DNA of 64,000 nucleotides from Chrysomallon squamiferum (Eukaryota; Animalia; Mollusca). Shown piece by piece: positions 25,437 to 40,896 of this stretch; the stretch's first letter is position 1; each line of letters starts with the position of its first letter. The notes beneath the pieces are model-generated. The model did not search any database. It was not told the origin of the DNA and saw nothing but the letters and a program-made list of their open reading frames with translations. The stretch is taken from contig CM022678.1 of the NCBI GenBank assembly GCA_012295275.1, positions 12,958,001-13,022,000 on the forward strand, in the 5' to 3' direction. The translations under genes and the position numbers were made by a program.

Positions 25437-26604
25437 ACAATTTGACCTACGTTTTAAAATTTCTAAACTTTACAAAGAGCTACTTTATCATTATTTTTAA
25501 ACTAAAAAGAAAAACAACTTAGTATTTTAATATTAGAAAGAAAGATACTAGAAACAAATTCACTTACACACACATACATAAACATTATGGATTCATTGTA
25601 TTGTAGTTGGAGGGGGGTTTGACTACTTTCTACAGCAGCATTTGTAAAACAAGAGAAATAACTTATAAGTTACAAGTGATGAAATGACAGTAATGAGATC
25701 ATACGTCACATATTTCTCCAATAGTTGAACAAAAAGAAGAAATTTTTTTTACAACATACAATATAATATTTTGTTTTCTGTATTTATTTACAAACGTACA
25801 AATTATATTTTAACTGGATTATTTCACGTCAAATAAACCAGTATTTAAATTTTTACATACTAACTTTTCTTACAACGAACCTATCTAAACAAGGTATCCA
25901 GTGCTTGCAGACTTCCCCCTTTCAAACTGTTATTGACTGGCTCTTCCGTTTTTATTTGGACTGATTAAGCACAGGCGTACAGAAAAACAATCAAAACGCA
26001 CAAAAAACACATATATACATACAGAAACATGATACTTAATAAAACCTGTACTTATTCTACGTCAATCGTAAACCAGACACAGACACACACACAAAGAGAG
26101 AATGAGTATATAAAAAACACTCTGACAAAGCTATCTTTAAAACGTGACAAGATCACGCATTGTAAGCATTAAAGCTGCTGCGAACCGTGTAACGTCTGCT
26201 GTTGTGAACTCCACCACTGTTCAGGCGCATCCGAGTCTCAGTGAGAAACCAACAGTGTTTTATTAGTAGTAAAAAAAATACACCAGCCTTTTGATATAAT
26301 TTAAAATTAAATTTACATAATTATAATGTTTAATTACATTATGAAGACAAAGAGTATTCAACAACAAGACAAATGAGATATACATTGTAGTTCTGTTTGT
26401 CTAATTATTATTCGCTGTTTCTTTCTTTTTGATTTCGTTCATTTAAAAAGCTTAAAGACAATCATAAAACAAATGGGCCATTTTCTGCATGTGACAAAAG
26501 ACAACAATAAAATAACAAGCTCATGATATTTTCAATTTCACTGAATAATTTAAACACACCATGATAATATAATATTGTTACAATCATTATTTTCATCACC
26601 ATTG

Positions 26605-26668
<64 letters not shown>

Positions 26669-27187
26669 CAAATGATAACTGAGAGTCGGAAATCTATTTC
26701 ATTGATGTTTTTCAGTCTTTATTATTTATTCGTTATGCTGTGTGTTCTAAATAGGTGTTGAAACAACATCACAACTAACGGCAAAACAAAACCATCTAAA
26801 AAAAAAACAAAAAAACATGGAACCAATAACAAACAACACATTATTTTATACCACGATTTTCATTTACGTCAGAAATTATTATTTACGCATGCGTACCAGT
26901 TTGGTCGGAGACGTAGGCATTAATTTTTAATTAATTGTCTCGGATGAGGTTGTTGACCGTAAGAAGCTGATAAAGAAGTATTTTATATTGGTCTGTGTGA
27001 CATGACATCTCTAAAATATTCATGTAACCTTTATTATTAGCTGGTTAGTTCTACTGCTTTTAAGTTTACTACGTTTACTATTAGAATAACTACTACTACT
27101 ACTACTACTGCTACTACTACTGCTGTTCTTACAGCTACAACTAAAACTGTTTCTACCTATAATATAGCATTTTCGTAACTACTACAA

Positions 27188-27558
27188 CTGTTGTTATACA
27201 GCTGTTTTACTACTACAGCTGTTGTTTTACTACTACAGCTGTTGTTTTACTACTACAGCTGTTGTTTTACTACTACAGCTGTTGTTTTACTGCTACAGCT
27301 GTTGTTTTACTACTATAACTGTTGTTTTACTACTACAGCTGTTGTTTTACTGCTACAGCCGTTGTTTTACTGCTTCAGCCGTTGTTTTACTACTACAGCC
27401 GTTGTTTTACTGCTACAGCTGTTGTTTTACTACTACAACTGTTGTTTTACTGCTACAGCTGTTGTTTTACTGCTACAGCCGTTGTTTTACTGCTTCAGCC
27501 GTTGTTTTACTACTACAGCTGTTGTTTTACTACTACAACTGTTGTTTTACGGCTTCAG
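27188..27558 (+). repeat. 20-bp minisatellite (CTGTTGTTTTACTACTACAG) x about 18
   Basis: Head-to-tail units with no spacers. Variant units recur at a 120-bp period. Confidence 0.97.
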
Positions 27559-28704
27559 AGACTGAACATTTGGAAACTCTTTAATCCGACTAAGCATTTG
27601 AAATTCATTAATTTACTTTTAATAGTTTAAAATTACTGATGCAGCCTGTAATAATAACCTTGTATCATTTATACTAATAGATTTCATTTTATCATTTAAT
27701 TTAATATTTTTACTTAATAATAATCTGATTTTACTGATACAGCTTTTACTAACAAACTTGTTCATTTATACTAATATAAGTCATTTAATTTACATTTAGT
27801 ATTTGTTTTGTATTTAATAACATGATGTTATTGATACAGCCATTAACAATAAAACTTGTTACATTTATACTAGTAAATTACATTTTTAATATAATGTTTA
27901 ATTTACATTATATAATTTTAATTTAACAAATTTATTTTATTGATAGAGACATACTAATGAAAGGTTCATTATTTATTATTCCGCTGTTTGTATATGAGTT
28001 GTTGAATCGCTTCTCGTTGTGTTACTGCGGTCGATATATTCCACAGGCGCGGATAATATACAAACTGACTGTCGCGACACCTACCTGTATTGTATACGTA
28101 TATATATATACCTACTCAGTATCTACATTGTGTGTCATATCGCAGTTAGTATTTGTCGTGCTACTGTTAACGGCAGTATTTCACGGAATTAATTGTTTTC
28201 TCTGCAGGTTAGTTTTTGTGGTTTCGTTTTCTTAGTACTTTCTTTTACACATAACCATACATACATAACAAGTGTATTCATGAAAACAAATGCACAAATG
28301 TATTTTTGTTTTTAGAAACATTTATCAAAACAAACTGTCAAGATGCACGACACACACCTTCACCTGCATATCCAACAATTTTAAAAAAAAAATTTTTTTG
28401 TTAGTGTATAAATGACTCATTCAAATATTCACTCATACAAGCCACAAGCCCACCTACAACCAAACCCACACATACACACAGATAAAACAATTCAATTAAT
28501 TAATTGCGACAATATACAAAATTTTGCCATCACGGTTATGATTCATCCAGAGTACACTCAAAGATAAAAATAATAATAAATGTACATAGTGAATTAAATA
28601 AATTTGTACAGATAGATGTCAAGTTATAGACATGGCTAACACCCCAAAACAAAAACACACAACACACACAAACAAAACACAATTAACAGAGAGATAGATA
28701 ATAC

Positions 28705-28761
<57 letters not shown>

Positions 28762-29006
28762 GATAGATAGAGAGAGAGAGATAGAAAGAGATACAGATAG
28801 ATAGGTAGATATCAATGGATGAAATAGATAAGTTTACAGAAAAGTATATATAATCGATATATATAGGTTTACAGAAAAGTATATATAGTCTACCTATGTA
28901 GGTAAGTGAAAAATGAACATCTAAGAAAATGCTTATTCTTCTATTCATCATTATACCCAAAAAATAATTTAATTAACAACAAATAAATAAAAGTATGTCC
29001 ATTCTC

Positions 29007-29053
<47 letters not shown>

Positions 29054-31379
29054 TGCTACATACTGCTGAAATTGCGACAATAGAAAAGTTCCCTAAACAA
29101 CACGCAATTGATTTTTGAAGTTGGTTATATTTATTAATTATTATAGAACGTGTCTAATTAAAGTTTTATTGTAATGTGCAATCTATATACTAAATTAAAA
29201 TTTCATGCAACAAACAAAAGACTGGCAGGTCAGTCACTGGCTGAACAAAGTAGAAACATCTGTTACAGGTTATAATCAATTGTCTGGAATCGCGTAGCCC
29301 AGTTTCAACTGCAGTTAGTTTTATGCAAAATATCGATTTCTGTGTGTATCATGTTTATACGACATTATAGGTTAATTTTTATTTTACCTACGTCCAGATA
29401 CATGAAATAACATATACATATATTTATATACTCTTTTCCTTTGTTTTTTTTCACTAAATAATATATTTAGTTTACCATCTCTGCATGTGTCTCAGTTTGT
29501 TTATCTGTCTGTGTTTGTGTGTGTGTTTCTGTGTGACCGCGGTTTTCTCTCTACACTAGAAACAGCCTGACGCAACGTTGGTGATAAAGAGCTTTTAAAT
29601 CTAATGTAAATATTCCTTGCTGAAGTGTAGTAAAGTTCTCTTCTGTTAATTTATCATTTTCCTAGAATTTGGAATTTCATGTGCTTAATTAGAGATTAGC
29701 AAATCAAGAGACTTTAGTAACCGTGGATCGCTAGGCTTAGCAACATGTCACACAAGTTCTAAATATAGCCTAATATTAACAAAGATAAACTGTAATGCGT
29801 CATTTCTTTATTTAAAGCGAGCTCCTTTTTCTGAAGAATGGACAGGACTGTTCTTTTACAATTCAAACGAAACGTCAGAATTATTTATAAACTTTTCTTT
29901 TACCTTTTTTTTTTTTTTTTTTTTTTTTTTTTGAACGGGTCAATAAGATTAATATCACTATAAAAAAGAAAGAAAAAAGAGAAAAGAAAATAAGCTATCA
30001 GTTGAAAGCAGACAGTACGCTGAAAAAGAAAGAAAGTGTCCCCACTTTAACATTATATAAACATAATCAACAGTTCAGGAATTATAGTGTTTACTTGTTT
30101 ACACGTTCATGTTTTTTTTAACAATAAAATGATATTCTACATTTTATATTTTTTACAATAGCTGTTTTATCTAGACAGTTCATGTTTTTTAACAATAACT
30201 TATTTAATTAAATGCTCATCAAATGTTTGAGTTTTTAACAGTAACTCATTTGTTTACACGTTCGTCTGTAGTTCGTGTTTTAGCAACAATTAATTAGTTT
30301 TCACATTCCTCAGTAACACGCTTTTTTAAGAGTTGTTTTTGTTATTTGCAAAGTGATTGTATCTGACAGACCACGTGGTGTCCTTGACTCAGAGCAGAAA
30401 CTAGATATCACATGATCGTTGTACTAGACCACTGGCCAGATCTGATAAATATTTTAATGTATTTTTTATTTATAAATATATACATTAATATTAATATTAT
30501 AACATATTCAACGATGTATATTAATATAGTTATTCTGACATTCATTAACACAATCACATGTAAAAGCGAGTACACATGATAAATGCGTACATACGAACAG
30601 AACACACGTACATCGTACTAAATGAACGCACATAATAATAATATTGACTACAACAAATTTGAAATTAGGATGCCTCGAATTTGTTTCACTTGCTGACTGT
30701 TACCTGTGTGGGTGTGATTTTATTTTATAAATAAATATTCATGTATACTGACACCAGATGTAGTTAGTGTTGAGTTACGTCAATATCACGTGTTTTTTTC
30801 TTAATCACTGTTTGAAAAAAATAGTAACCTGTTATGTGTTTACCTAGGCTTTTTGTGTAGATCGTAAAATATGTAAAACAGACCACTGAGTGAAATATTT
30901 ATTACCTATAAATCTATTTATAAAAATAATAATAATAATAATAAAATGGAAATATAAAAGTGAAAAGATTTATGATTATGTTTATAGATATAGTTACACA
31001 CACATGCCAATCTAATGCTATTGTACAAAGTGTATTTAGTAGATAAATATAGGCGCATTGACTTTATACACATGTATCTCATGTCTCTGTTACATAGTCA
31101 AACAATTCGCTGTTATCTCCAGTTGCTATAAATACGTTAATCCAGCTGACACACCACACCCTTTTACACTCCCCAAACAATGACTTCGTTTTGAGTCATA
31201 CGCCAGTTTTCTTTTCAGATATGTAAACTATATAGCAACGTGTGCATGTGTGTACAACTTATATCTGACATGTTTTTTTCTCTTTAACCCTATTTGCTTC
31301 ATTTATATCTCGATATGTATGTAGATAGGTATTATGGGTGTGTGGTTGTCAGTGTATTATGTAAATATGTATGTATATG

Positions 31380-31383
<4 letters not shown>

Positions 31384-31463
<80 letters not shown>
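31384..31463 (+). repeat. (TC)n microsatellite
   Basis: Perfect tract of about 80 bp. Confidence 0.97.
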
Positions 31464-31472
<9 letters not shown>

Positions 31473-32112
31473 TCATGTGTGTGTAAATATATTTATATTT
31501 ATATATATATACAGTTGTTTGTTTCATTTATAAAACAAAGCATTTCAGAAACTCAGAGGAGTTTTTAAAATAATATGACTCTATTACGTATGTAGTTAAA
31601 AAACAGCGCATTTTAATTCTATAAGCTATCATAGACCTGATATTTAAAATTATGATAACAAGTGTAAATTACTTTCTGTTAGTTGATAAAACAACAGAAT
31701 TTAAAAAAAAAATAAAAAAAATGAAGAAGAAAAAAGATTACAGTAAGTAAAAACTACAAGAGAAGGACTTTAAAAAATAATCGTCAATTTTATTTATTTA
31801 TTTTTGTTTTTTTGGTTGCTTACCATGCAGTGTGCATTTGACTAATATCACTGAACAGGTCGGACTGGTAAGCGACATGTGACAGAAATCTATTTTATCT
31901 TCCCAAGATAAAGATAAGTTACGTTTGAAAAATCTGAAGAAAATCAAATTAAAAAAACTTATATCAGCAGGGTTAAGTTTGTGCGTGTTTCTTTTGAGCC
32001 TCTATCTGGAAAAGTCAGCCAAGTTTTAAGTTTGATAAAATCTGTCCCTGTAGGTTTTGTGTTTGTAAAAAAACCCAGCGAATATTATTTTGCAAAACAA
32101 CTGTTATAAAAC

Positions 32113-32188
<76 letters not shown>

Positions 32189-32303
32189 ACAAATATCTGC
32201 AAAATACACAAACAACATTTAGTGATTAATATTTAAAAATTATTTTTTCTATTATTATTCAGTAATGAAGAATTTCATTTCTTTTCTTTTCAGATAAACA
32301 AAA

Positions 32304-32589
32304 ATGGTGGCTGGGTGTGGTTCAAACATCATCAAATACATACTGTTTTTCTTCAACTTCCTGTTTTTTGTGAGTAAACTCATTGTATATACTTCAAGCT
32401 TACGGTATACATCGTACACACACACACACACACATACACAAACAAAACGTAAGGTTTTCTCATTAAAAACCATACATGTATATATTCGTCATGTATCCAT
32501 TTTAGTCATTTATTATATATATATTTTTATTTCTTATAATTTCTGTCTTGATTATTCATTACTGTAACCACCATCACAACAAATATTAT

Positions 32590-32642
<53 letters not shown>

Positions 32643-32930
32643 TCCTACTATTACTCTGTCTTAGTCATTCACTGTTACTATTATCACACTCATTATCCTG
32701 CATATAACTCTGTCTTAGTCATTCATTCATTGTACTGTTGTCTTATTGTCATTCGTAGTCATTCGTTATACATTGTACTTATATCTTAGTCATTCGTTAT
32801 CATTTAGTCGTTCGTTAGTCATTCGTTATACATTGTACTTCTCTCTTAGTCATTCGTTATACATTGTATTGTTTTCTTAGTCATTCGTTATACATTGTAC
32901 TAATGGCGTAGTTATTCATTATAATGAGAA

Positions 32931-32971
<41 letters not shown>

Positions 32972-33371
32972 ACCGTTGTTTCATTTCAGATTATCGGCGC
33001 TGCTGCAGTCGGTGTAGGAATATGGGCACTCGTCGACAAAACACACATGGCTGTCTTGTCAAAGGTGACGTCGGACACAACGGTGACAGACTACAACGTG
33101 CCTGGCTTGTTGCAGAGTGGAGCCATCGTGCTCATCGTTGGGGGCGGCGTCCTTCTTGTAATGGGATTTCTCGGGTGCTGCGGTGCTGCGAAGGAAATCA
33201 CATGTCTTCTGTGTTTGGTAAGAGTTGTGACGCAGGACGGAAGGGGTTAACTAAAGTGTATTGACAAAAGAGAGGTTACTGTTAATGAGTTATTAAATGC
33301 ATGATGAACCGGTTAATTATAAGGAGGAGCTGTTTAAAAAATTCTTTTATCCATTTAAAAAAAAAATTATC

Positions 33372-33452
<81 letters not shown>

Positions 33453-34296
33453 TATATATATGTATATATACACGCAATTTGTTGTGATAAGAACAAATAA
33501 TACAAATTATTATTTCATTTTTCAAATTACTGTTTTACTTCTTTATAAAATACGAATTCCGTTTATTTCTGTTATTAGTATTATTACTGCTACCACTATT
33601 AAACTACCTCTATTTCTACTACTACTACTTTCACAACCTCTATTACTAAACAGCCAGCACAACAGCAGCTACTGCTACGATAATAATTATTTTCTATTTA
33701 CAGTACGCCACTCTGCTGGTCGTGATCCTCATTGTAGAGATTGCTGCTGGTATCCTAGCAGCCGTCATGAAGAACAAGGTACATGTCATTGCAACCAAGG
33801 GAAATAACCCTATGAAAATGAATGAATGAATGAATGAATGAATGAATGAATGATAACGATGATAATGATGGTGATTATGGGATGATGATGATGATGATGA
33901 TGATAATAATAATAATAATAATAACTGTTTACTATTAATCTTGTTTAACATATTTAACATGTTAAAAATGTGTTTCTGTGTATTTGGTTGTCTCTGCTTC
34001 ATCTTTGACTGTATGTTTATTGAATGACAAAACCTGGACACTCACATAAACAATAACACACAATTATGCATTGTTGAAATTCAATTTTTTTTTTTTTTTT
34101 TATTTTGTTTATTACTGATGTTTGTTTTCTAGTTTGAAAGTGAACTGAAGAAGAACTTGATAATCAACTTAGATAAAAACTATGACGGCAAACTCAACAG
34201 CAGCGACGTTTTCAGCCGAGCTATTGACTGGGCTCAAGTCTACGTAAGCTACTACTACTACTACTACAACTACTATTACTACTGCTACTATTAATG

Positions 34297-34329
<33 letters not shown>

Positions 34330-34635
34330 TTACTACTACTACTACTAGTATTATTATTACTACTACTACTGTTACTACTACTACTACTACTACTGTTATT
34401 ACTACTGCTACTATTAATGCTACTACTACTATTACTACAACTATTACTACTACTACTACTATTACTACTACTGTTACTATATATTGATATTATCGTATAG
34501 CAGTATCACTGAAAACCTGTATTATTGCCTTAAGAATAAGCAGTGACTACACTAACTTCCTCCATCTTTCTCACTAATTATTTTCTTCTCTCTCTCTCTG
34601 CTTGTCTGACTGTCTGTCTCTCTTTCTCTTTCTTT

Positions 34636-34680
<45 letters not shown>

Positions 34681-35843
34681 GTTCCAGATGTTTTATTATT
34701 GACTTTGTTTTTTAATTGTAGTTTCAATGTTGCGGAATTGAAGATTATACTGATTTCGAAAACGCCACCAAATGGAAAGACGACCATGCAAGCGATACAG
34801 TCCCAGACACGTGCTGTGTACTTACGAGCAGAGACGACTACTTAAACAAGAACGAATTACATCTTAAAGATTCAACTTGTCCGGCATCTCCTACAGACGA
34901 AAATTCTTACAAGAACAATGTATTTATATTTGTTTATTTGTCTGTTTGTTTGTATGTATATATATATATATATTTTTATACTTACTTAGCTGTCTGAACG
35001 TTTTCAACAAATTTTTTTATTGATGTTTTACTCATATGTGTATTTATCATATTTGTTTGTTTAATTCGTAGAAACAAAAGTAAACAAATAAGAATTGAAA
35101 AGAAAATAATAAAATGGGAAAAGAGAATGAAGAGATCACTTTTTTTTCTGACACACACACACACAAACACACGCATACATATAGACAGACACGTAAACAA
35201 GCCTGCATGTCCGCGTACATTTAGTAAGTGAATGCATCTCTGCTATACATATAGCTATAGCTAAAGATATGTGTGTATATATGTACCTGTATATGTATCA
35301 TGATGTCTTATTTATTTTCAGCCGTGTTATGGCACACTGAGACAGTGGCTCGTTGACAGAGCTGTTGTTATTCTTGGAATTGCATTTGGCATCGTTGGTC
35401 TCGAGGTACGTATTTATTTTCCTCCTTTTTACATTTCCATTTCCTGTTTGTAAAATAAGGACAGAAATAATAATACTGGGTCATGTGTTTTAATTAATGT
35501 TTTGAACCATCGTTCGTTTTTTCTTTCTTGTATTATAAACAATTATTGTCAAAAAACATGCATAAGTGCTTGTTATTCATTGATCTTATCTTACACAAAA
35601 CGACCAAAAAGAATACATTTTTAAAATTATACACCTACGTGCCTCATTTTAAGTTTTATCAGTCTTTATTATTAGCAAAGACTGACTTATAAATGACAAA
35701 TAAAATATTAACGTCATAAAATACAACCAGATGAGTATTTTAAATTTCTAATTTACCTCTTTACTCTAGAAAAACTCTTCACGATATTTATTTTTTTCCA
35801 TTCGTTTTATTATTATTGTTATTGTTATTATTATTATTACTAC

Positions 35844-35877
<34 letters not shown>

Positions 35878-35958
35878 GTTATTGTTATTGTTATTTCAGA
35901 TTTTGGAATCATCTTCGCTTGCTGCTTGATTCGGGCAATCAAGGAACAAAAGGGCTGA
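32304..35958 (+). CDS. Tetraspanin A (6-Cys EC2, TSPAN1/18-like), about 273 aa; 1-nt deletion at the start of the last exon as assembled
   Basis: Exons 32304-32369 (MVAGCGSNIIKYILFFFNFLFF), 32990-33217 (..GFLGCCGAAKE..), 33704-33778 (YATLLVVILIVEIAAGILA..), 34133-34243, 34722-34919 (FQCCG..VPDTCC..STCP), 35322-35405 (PCY..), 35900-35958. It has four TM segments and the CCG motif. The last exon reads ATTTTGG against ATTTTTGG in copy B; restoring one T gives IFGIIFACCLIRAIKEQKG*. Confidence 0.93.
32655..32925 (+). repeat. About 31-bp minisatellite (TCTTAGTCATTCGTTATACATTGTACT-like) in tetraspanin A intron 1
   Basis: Repeated AGTCATTC(G/A)TTATACATTGTA units. A related, expanded array lies in intron 1 of copy B (about 40280-40760). 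Confidence 0.85.
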
Positions 35959-36513
35959 GCAATAAGCGTGTCATGTCTTAGATTACGTCATCATTAATCC
36001 ATTACGTCATTTCTAATCAAACCCTGTAGATAATAATACATTCCACTAACGAAATTAATTTTTTTAAAGCAGTCAAGACTACCAATACATTTTAATTTTT
36101 GACATCATTTACTGAAACAGACTTTAACATAATTATTTATTTTTATTAATTAATTAATTAATTTATATATATTATTTATTATTATTATTATTTTTTTTTT
36201 ATCTGTGAATTATTCATACTAGTAACCCAAACTTATTACAGACAAATTGTTTCACATAATTTGTTAAAGTATAATCTAAATAAATTTAAATTAATATATA
36301 TTTACACAATTATAATCATAACAAAAGATAACCAATGACGGAATAGTTATTACTATTATTTAAAAATTTTGACAGCACTAATGTTAATTATTAATTCGGT
36401 TTCTTAGGTGAACATTATTATTCAATCTTTAAGAAATATGTAATTATAAATACACACACAGACACACATACACACACACGTGCGAGTGTGTGTATGTATG
36501 TGTGTACATGTTT

Positions 36514-36563
<50 letters not shown>

Positions 36564-36670
36564 CTATAAAATAAATAAAACTGTGAAAACAGACCACGGT
36601 AATTATTCTTATTAAACAGAATTTTAAATCATTTCTTTCTTTGAATTTTTAATCAGTTATCTATCTATCT

Positions 36671-36733
<63 letters not shown>

Positions 36734-37909
36734 ATTATGTATATTTTACGTATATGTTTGTAAACGAAAGCAGATTATGAAGGTCCGTTTTTCACAAGAA
36801 AAGTGGTCCTGAAATTAATTTTATTTTTCCTAAAAATAAAAAAAATATAAAAAAATAAATAAATTAAAATTTTGTTTTAAAACAAAACAAAAAAAAAGAA
36901 CAACAACACATCAATAAACTTAACTGATGGTAATAATTTAATACGGTTAAGTAAAACATTTCTCTATCATAGAAGTGATAAAAATCTTTGCGTGGACTTT
37001 CAGGAGGAATGCGGACGTTTCCGGATCTTTGAATTTGTGACTATATCAAGAACGATAACCCAAGTTTGGTCTCCTTTTACATTTTTTGTTTGTTTGTTAT
37101 AATATTATTATTGCTATTTGAAATGTTATATGAAACAAAAATGTTTAATGTGTTTATTTAGTTTTATTTTATACTTTCATTGTATTCTATATCATTGATT
37201 TGTTTAATCCTTATTCATTAATCTTTTAAAATGTACATGAAAATAAATTGAAATAAAATAAAAGTACTAATAACTTAAGAGTTTCTGTGTTTTTATTATA
37301 ATTTTTAAAACTACTTTTTTTCTGTGTTAACATTATATTTCCAAGACGTACTCACACATATAAATATTCTATTTTTGCATACAAAACGTTTACATTTCTT
37401 TAGTAAGATAAAGAAAAAGGAATGCATTTTTTATTTTTTTTTTTTTTTTTTTATAAAAAAGTATATTTTCAAATGTCTAATTAACAAAATAATTTTTTTA
37501 AAATATAATAATACTCAGCAAAGTAAACAAATGGAACAGACAAAAATGGATACAGTATTAATATGCCTGTTACAGTTAATTTTATCTTACAAGTAAATAT
37601 ATTTAAAATAATTTTGTCAAAATTTATTTTGGACAAAAAAAAAAAAAAAAAAAAAAAATCCCAGTAACTGAGCCATATACAAAGACCTTACACCAAGAAC
37701 ACTGAATAATCTTTACAGAATTAACAAAATCACATCGTGCCGCTTTTTTCTTTTCTTTTAAACTTTTTTTTTTTATTGTTATATAGATGAAATTGATGTA
37801 AAATTGTTTAATATTGGTCGGTTGTTTTGTAAAAAAAGAAAATGTTTATGAATTAGAAAGGACCAGCTTAAATAATAATAAGAAGAAGAAGAAGAAGAAG
37901 AAAAAGAAT

Positions 37910-37972
37910 AACTGGGAATTAGACGAATTGGGAATTAGACGAACTGGGAATTCTACCAGATGGGAAGACACC
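37910..37972 (+). repeat. 16-bp tandem repeat AACTGGGAATTAGACG x about 3.5
   Basis: Units at 37910, 37926 and 37942 plus a degenerate fourth, between the tetraspanin A and B loci. Confidence 0.8.
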
Positions 37973-38498
37973 ATGGCGTCATTTACGTTGACAGCAACTT
38001 CTAATTATTCCTATATGCTGATCCTTCCAAACAATACTGAAACAAAACAAACAACTTCAGCTTGTTACGTAATTCCCACTTGATCTAATAGTATTTTAAT
38101 TCCTTCAGAATTTGTTTTAGATCAAGTATGAAGATCTCAGTGAGCATGTCTCTACTGAAGAGAAGAAAAAGCAAAGGACGATTGTAAATTTGCAGGTTAC
38201 ATCTAACAACAACAACAACAAATAAATAAATCCCATTTTATTTGTCATTACATATCAAAATAAAATCACATGATTATTTTGTTTAGTTATGAACTGTTTT
38301 GAGCAAGCTGTCACAGTCTGAAGACGCCTACCTATAAACTCTACATTTTCTTACGTAATGTGTATTTACATAATAGAAATACGTTACCAATAACTGAATA
38401 GTCCTTATTATTTTAATTATTATTAATACTATTATTATTTATTGTTTTTTAATCTAATAAATATTTAGGAATTCAGTGTTTCAGAAATAATAATAATA

Positions 38499-38550
<52 letters not shown>

Positions 38551-38631
38551 TAAAAATAATCAAATAACAAAAATAATAATCAAATAATAATAATAATAAT
38601 AGTAATAGTAATAATAATAATAATAATAGTA

Positions 38632-38667
<36 letters not shown>

Positions 38668-39692
38668 GTAATAAATAATAGTAGTAATAATAGTAATAAT
38701 AATAATAGTAATAGTAATAATAATAGTAATAGTAATAATAGTAGCATAGTAATAATAATGGGGTAATAGCTCTGTCCAATAATGGGGACTAGCTCTGTCC
38801 ACTAAACAGCACTGGTATGACCACAGGGTAATACTGACTTTTTATTTCATATATATGTATATATATATGTATATATATGTATGTTTCTGTTCGTGTGTTG
38901 TGTGTGTGAGTGAGTGTGTGTGTGCGTGTGTATGTGTGTATGTTGTAACATTCTTTCACCTATATTATTAACTCATTTTTTCACATTCTGTGCTTTGTGC
39001 TAGACAGTTTCAGTCTACCTGACTGCATATATTTGATTGTTTGTGTCTGTGTGTGTGTTTTCGTGGTTGTAGAATAGTATAGTGGTTATATGTATGTATG
39101 AATGAAGTGTGTGTGTGTAAATATAAATTTACACGCCCTCTCTCACTGATACTGAAACACACACACACACACACACACAACTACACATATAAGAAGATAA
39201 TAATAACAAAAAGGACAAAAGAATAATAAAACTGGTTTCACAACAAGTTCTACTACTCGGACATGCGGGGCTGGAACAGGTTTTTACGTGAAAGAAACTA
39301 AAAACATTTCACAGTTCAGTGACTTGAGAAACGGGTATGTCAATGCATACAACACACCAGTTTGTATCGGAAGGAAGCAGAAACGTTCTTTTGTAAGGAA
39401 TAAACAAGGTAAGTTTTTATAGATTGCTAGTTCGTAAGATATAAATTTAAAAACAACAACAACAACAGTTATATTGGGTTGTATTTAGTTAGGAATAAAG
39501 CTACGTATATGTAAGTAAATAGTAGAAAGTTAACAAAAATAACAGTGAATACTGTCAACATGGTGTGTGTATGAGAACCGTTCTTGTCTTCCACAGCAAA
39601 TCAGCGGTTACGTCGTTACGTTTTATACAAATTAGTCTCAATTCAAATATCTAAGTAATAAATGTTTGTATATTTTCTGTTTTCTTGTTGTG

Positions 39693-39723
<31 letters not shown>

Positions 39724-39779
39724 TGTGGTCTTATTCAGTGTTGCAAAAATTCATTTCTCTTCTTTTCAGATAAACAAAA

Positions 39780-40865
39780 ATGGTGGCTGGGTGTGGCTCA
39801 AACGTCATCAAATACATACTGTTTTTCTTCAACTTCCTGTTTTTTGTGAGTAAACCATTCTTCATGCTCACTGTATACATCGTATTCATTTACATATATA
39901 TAAAACTTCCCCATTTAAAATACGCTGACCTTTGTTTGGTAAGTGACATAAATCATAAGAAATAAAATAAGCTGGAAGATAGATCTGTTTATACTGGTGG
40001 ATTTTTTCGCTCTATTCATGTGCGCAACTAAAAAAATATTTCAGTTTCCAAATTATTGTATAGTTTGAGATTTGAAATTAATTAAATTTGATTTAGTAAT
40101 TAGTAAATGACACACACACATTTATCTATCTATCTATCATTCTTTGTTTTTAATTTAATTGTTTCGCTTTCGTGTATACTCGTTTATAATCTTTTATTAT
40201 TTCGTACCATCTTAGTTTTTAATTATATACATATATTATTTATTCTTTATGTATTATGAATTTCTTATTATAATTCTATCTTACTCATTACACATTTAAA
40301 TTCTTTCTTAGTCATTCCTTATACATTATTTATTAAGCTTCTATCCTATTCATTATGCTTCTTTCAAAGTCAGTCATATATCATCCACCTTTGTTAGTCA
40401 TTTGTTATACACTGTACTTCTGTCATTCATTATACACTAAGTAAATCAGCACTCTACTTTGTCATTCATTGTGTTATAAACTGCACTCTGTACTTCTGTC
40501 ATTCATTATATCTGTGTCTGTGTCTAAGTAAATCAAATCTGTCATTCATTGTAGCTCTGTAACTTCTGTCATTCATTGTAGCTGTGTCTAAGTAAATCAG
40601 CTGTACTTCTGTCATTCATTGTGTACTTCTGTCATTCAAGCTGTGTCTAAGTAAATCAGCACTGTACTTCTGTCATTCATTTTCTAAATCAGCACTCTGA
40701 AACATCCATTTTATCTTAATCATTAGTTTATTTACGACTCTCTAAGTCATTCATTGGATATGTTTTGTCATTAAATTTCTGTTTTCCGCTGTCAGTTGAA
40801 ACTAAATGATCAACAGAACAACCAAGAAAAAAGAAATAAAAAAAAGAAAGATTGGAAAAGAATAA

Positions 40866-40896
<31 letters not shown>

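Noticed and set aside
27188-27558. Regular 20-bp array as a possible CRISPR, or its three overlapping ORFs as a repeat protein
   Set aside because: The units are contiguous with no unique spacers, there are no cas genes, and the context is eukaryotic. The ORFs simply reflect a stop-free unit.
33022-33264. 80-aa alternative-frame ORF overlapping tetraspanin A exon 2
   Set aside because: A shadow frame of a GC-richer exon. It runs through the splice donor and has no recognisable features.
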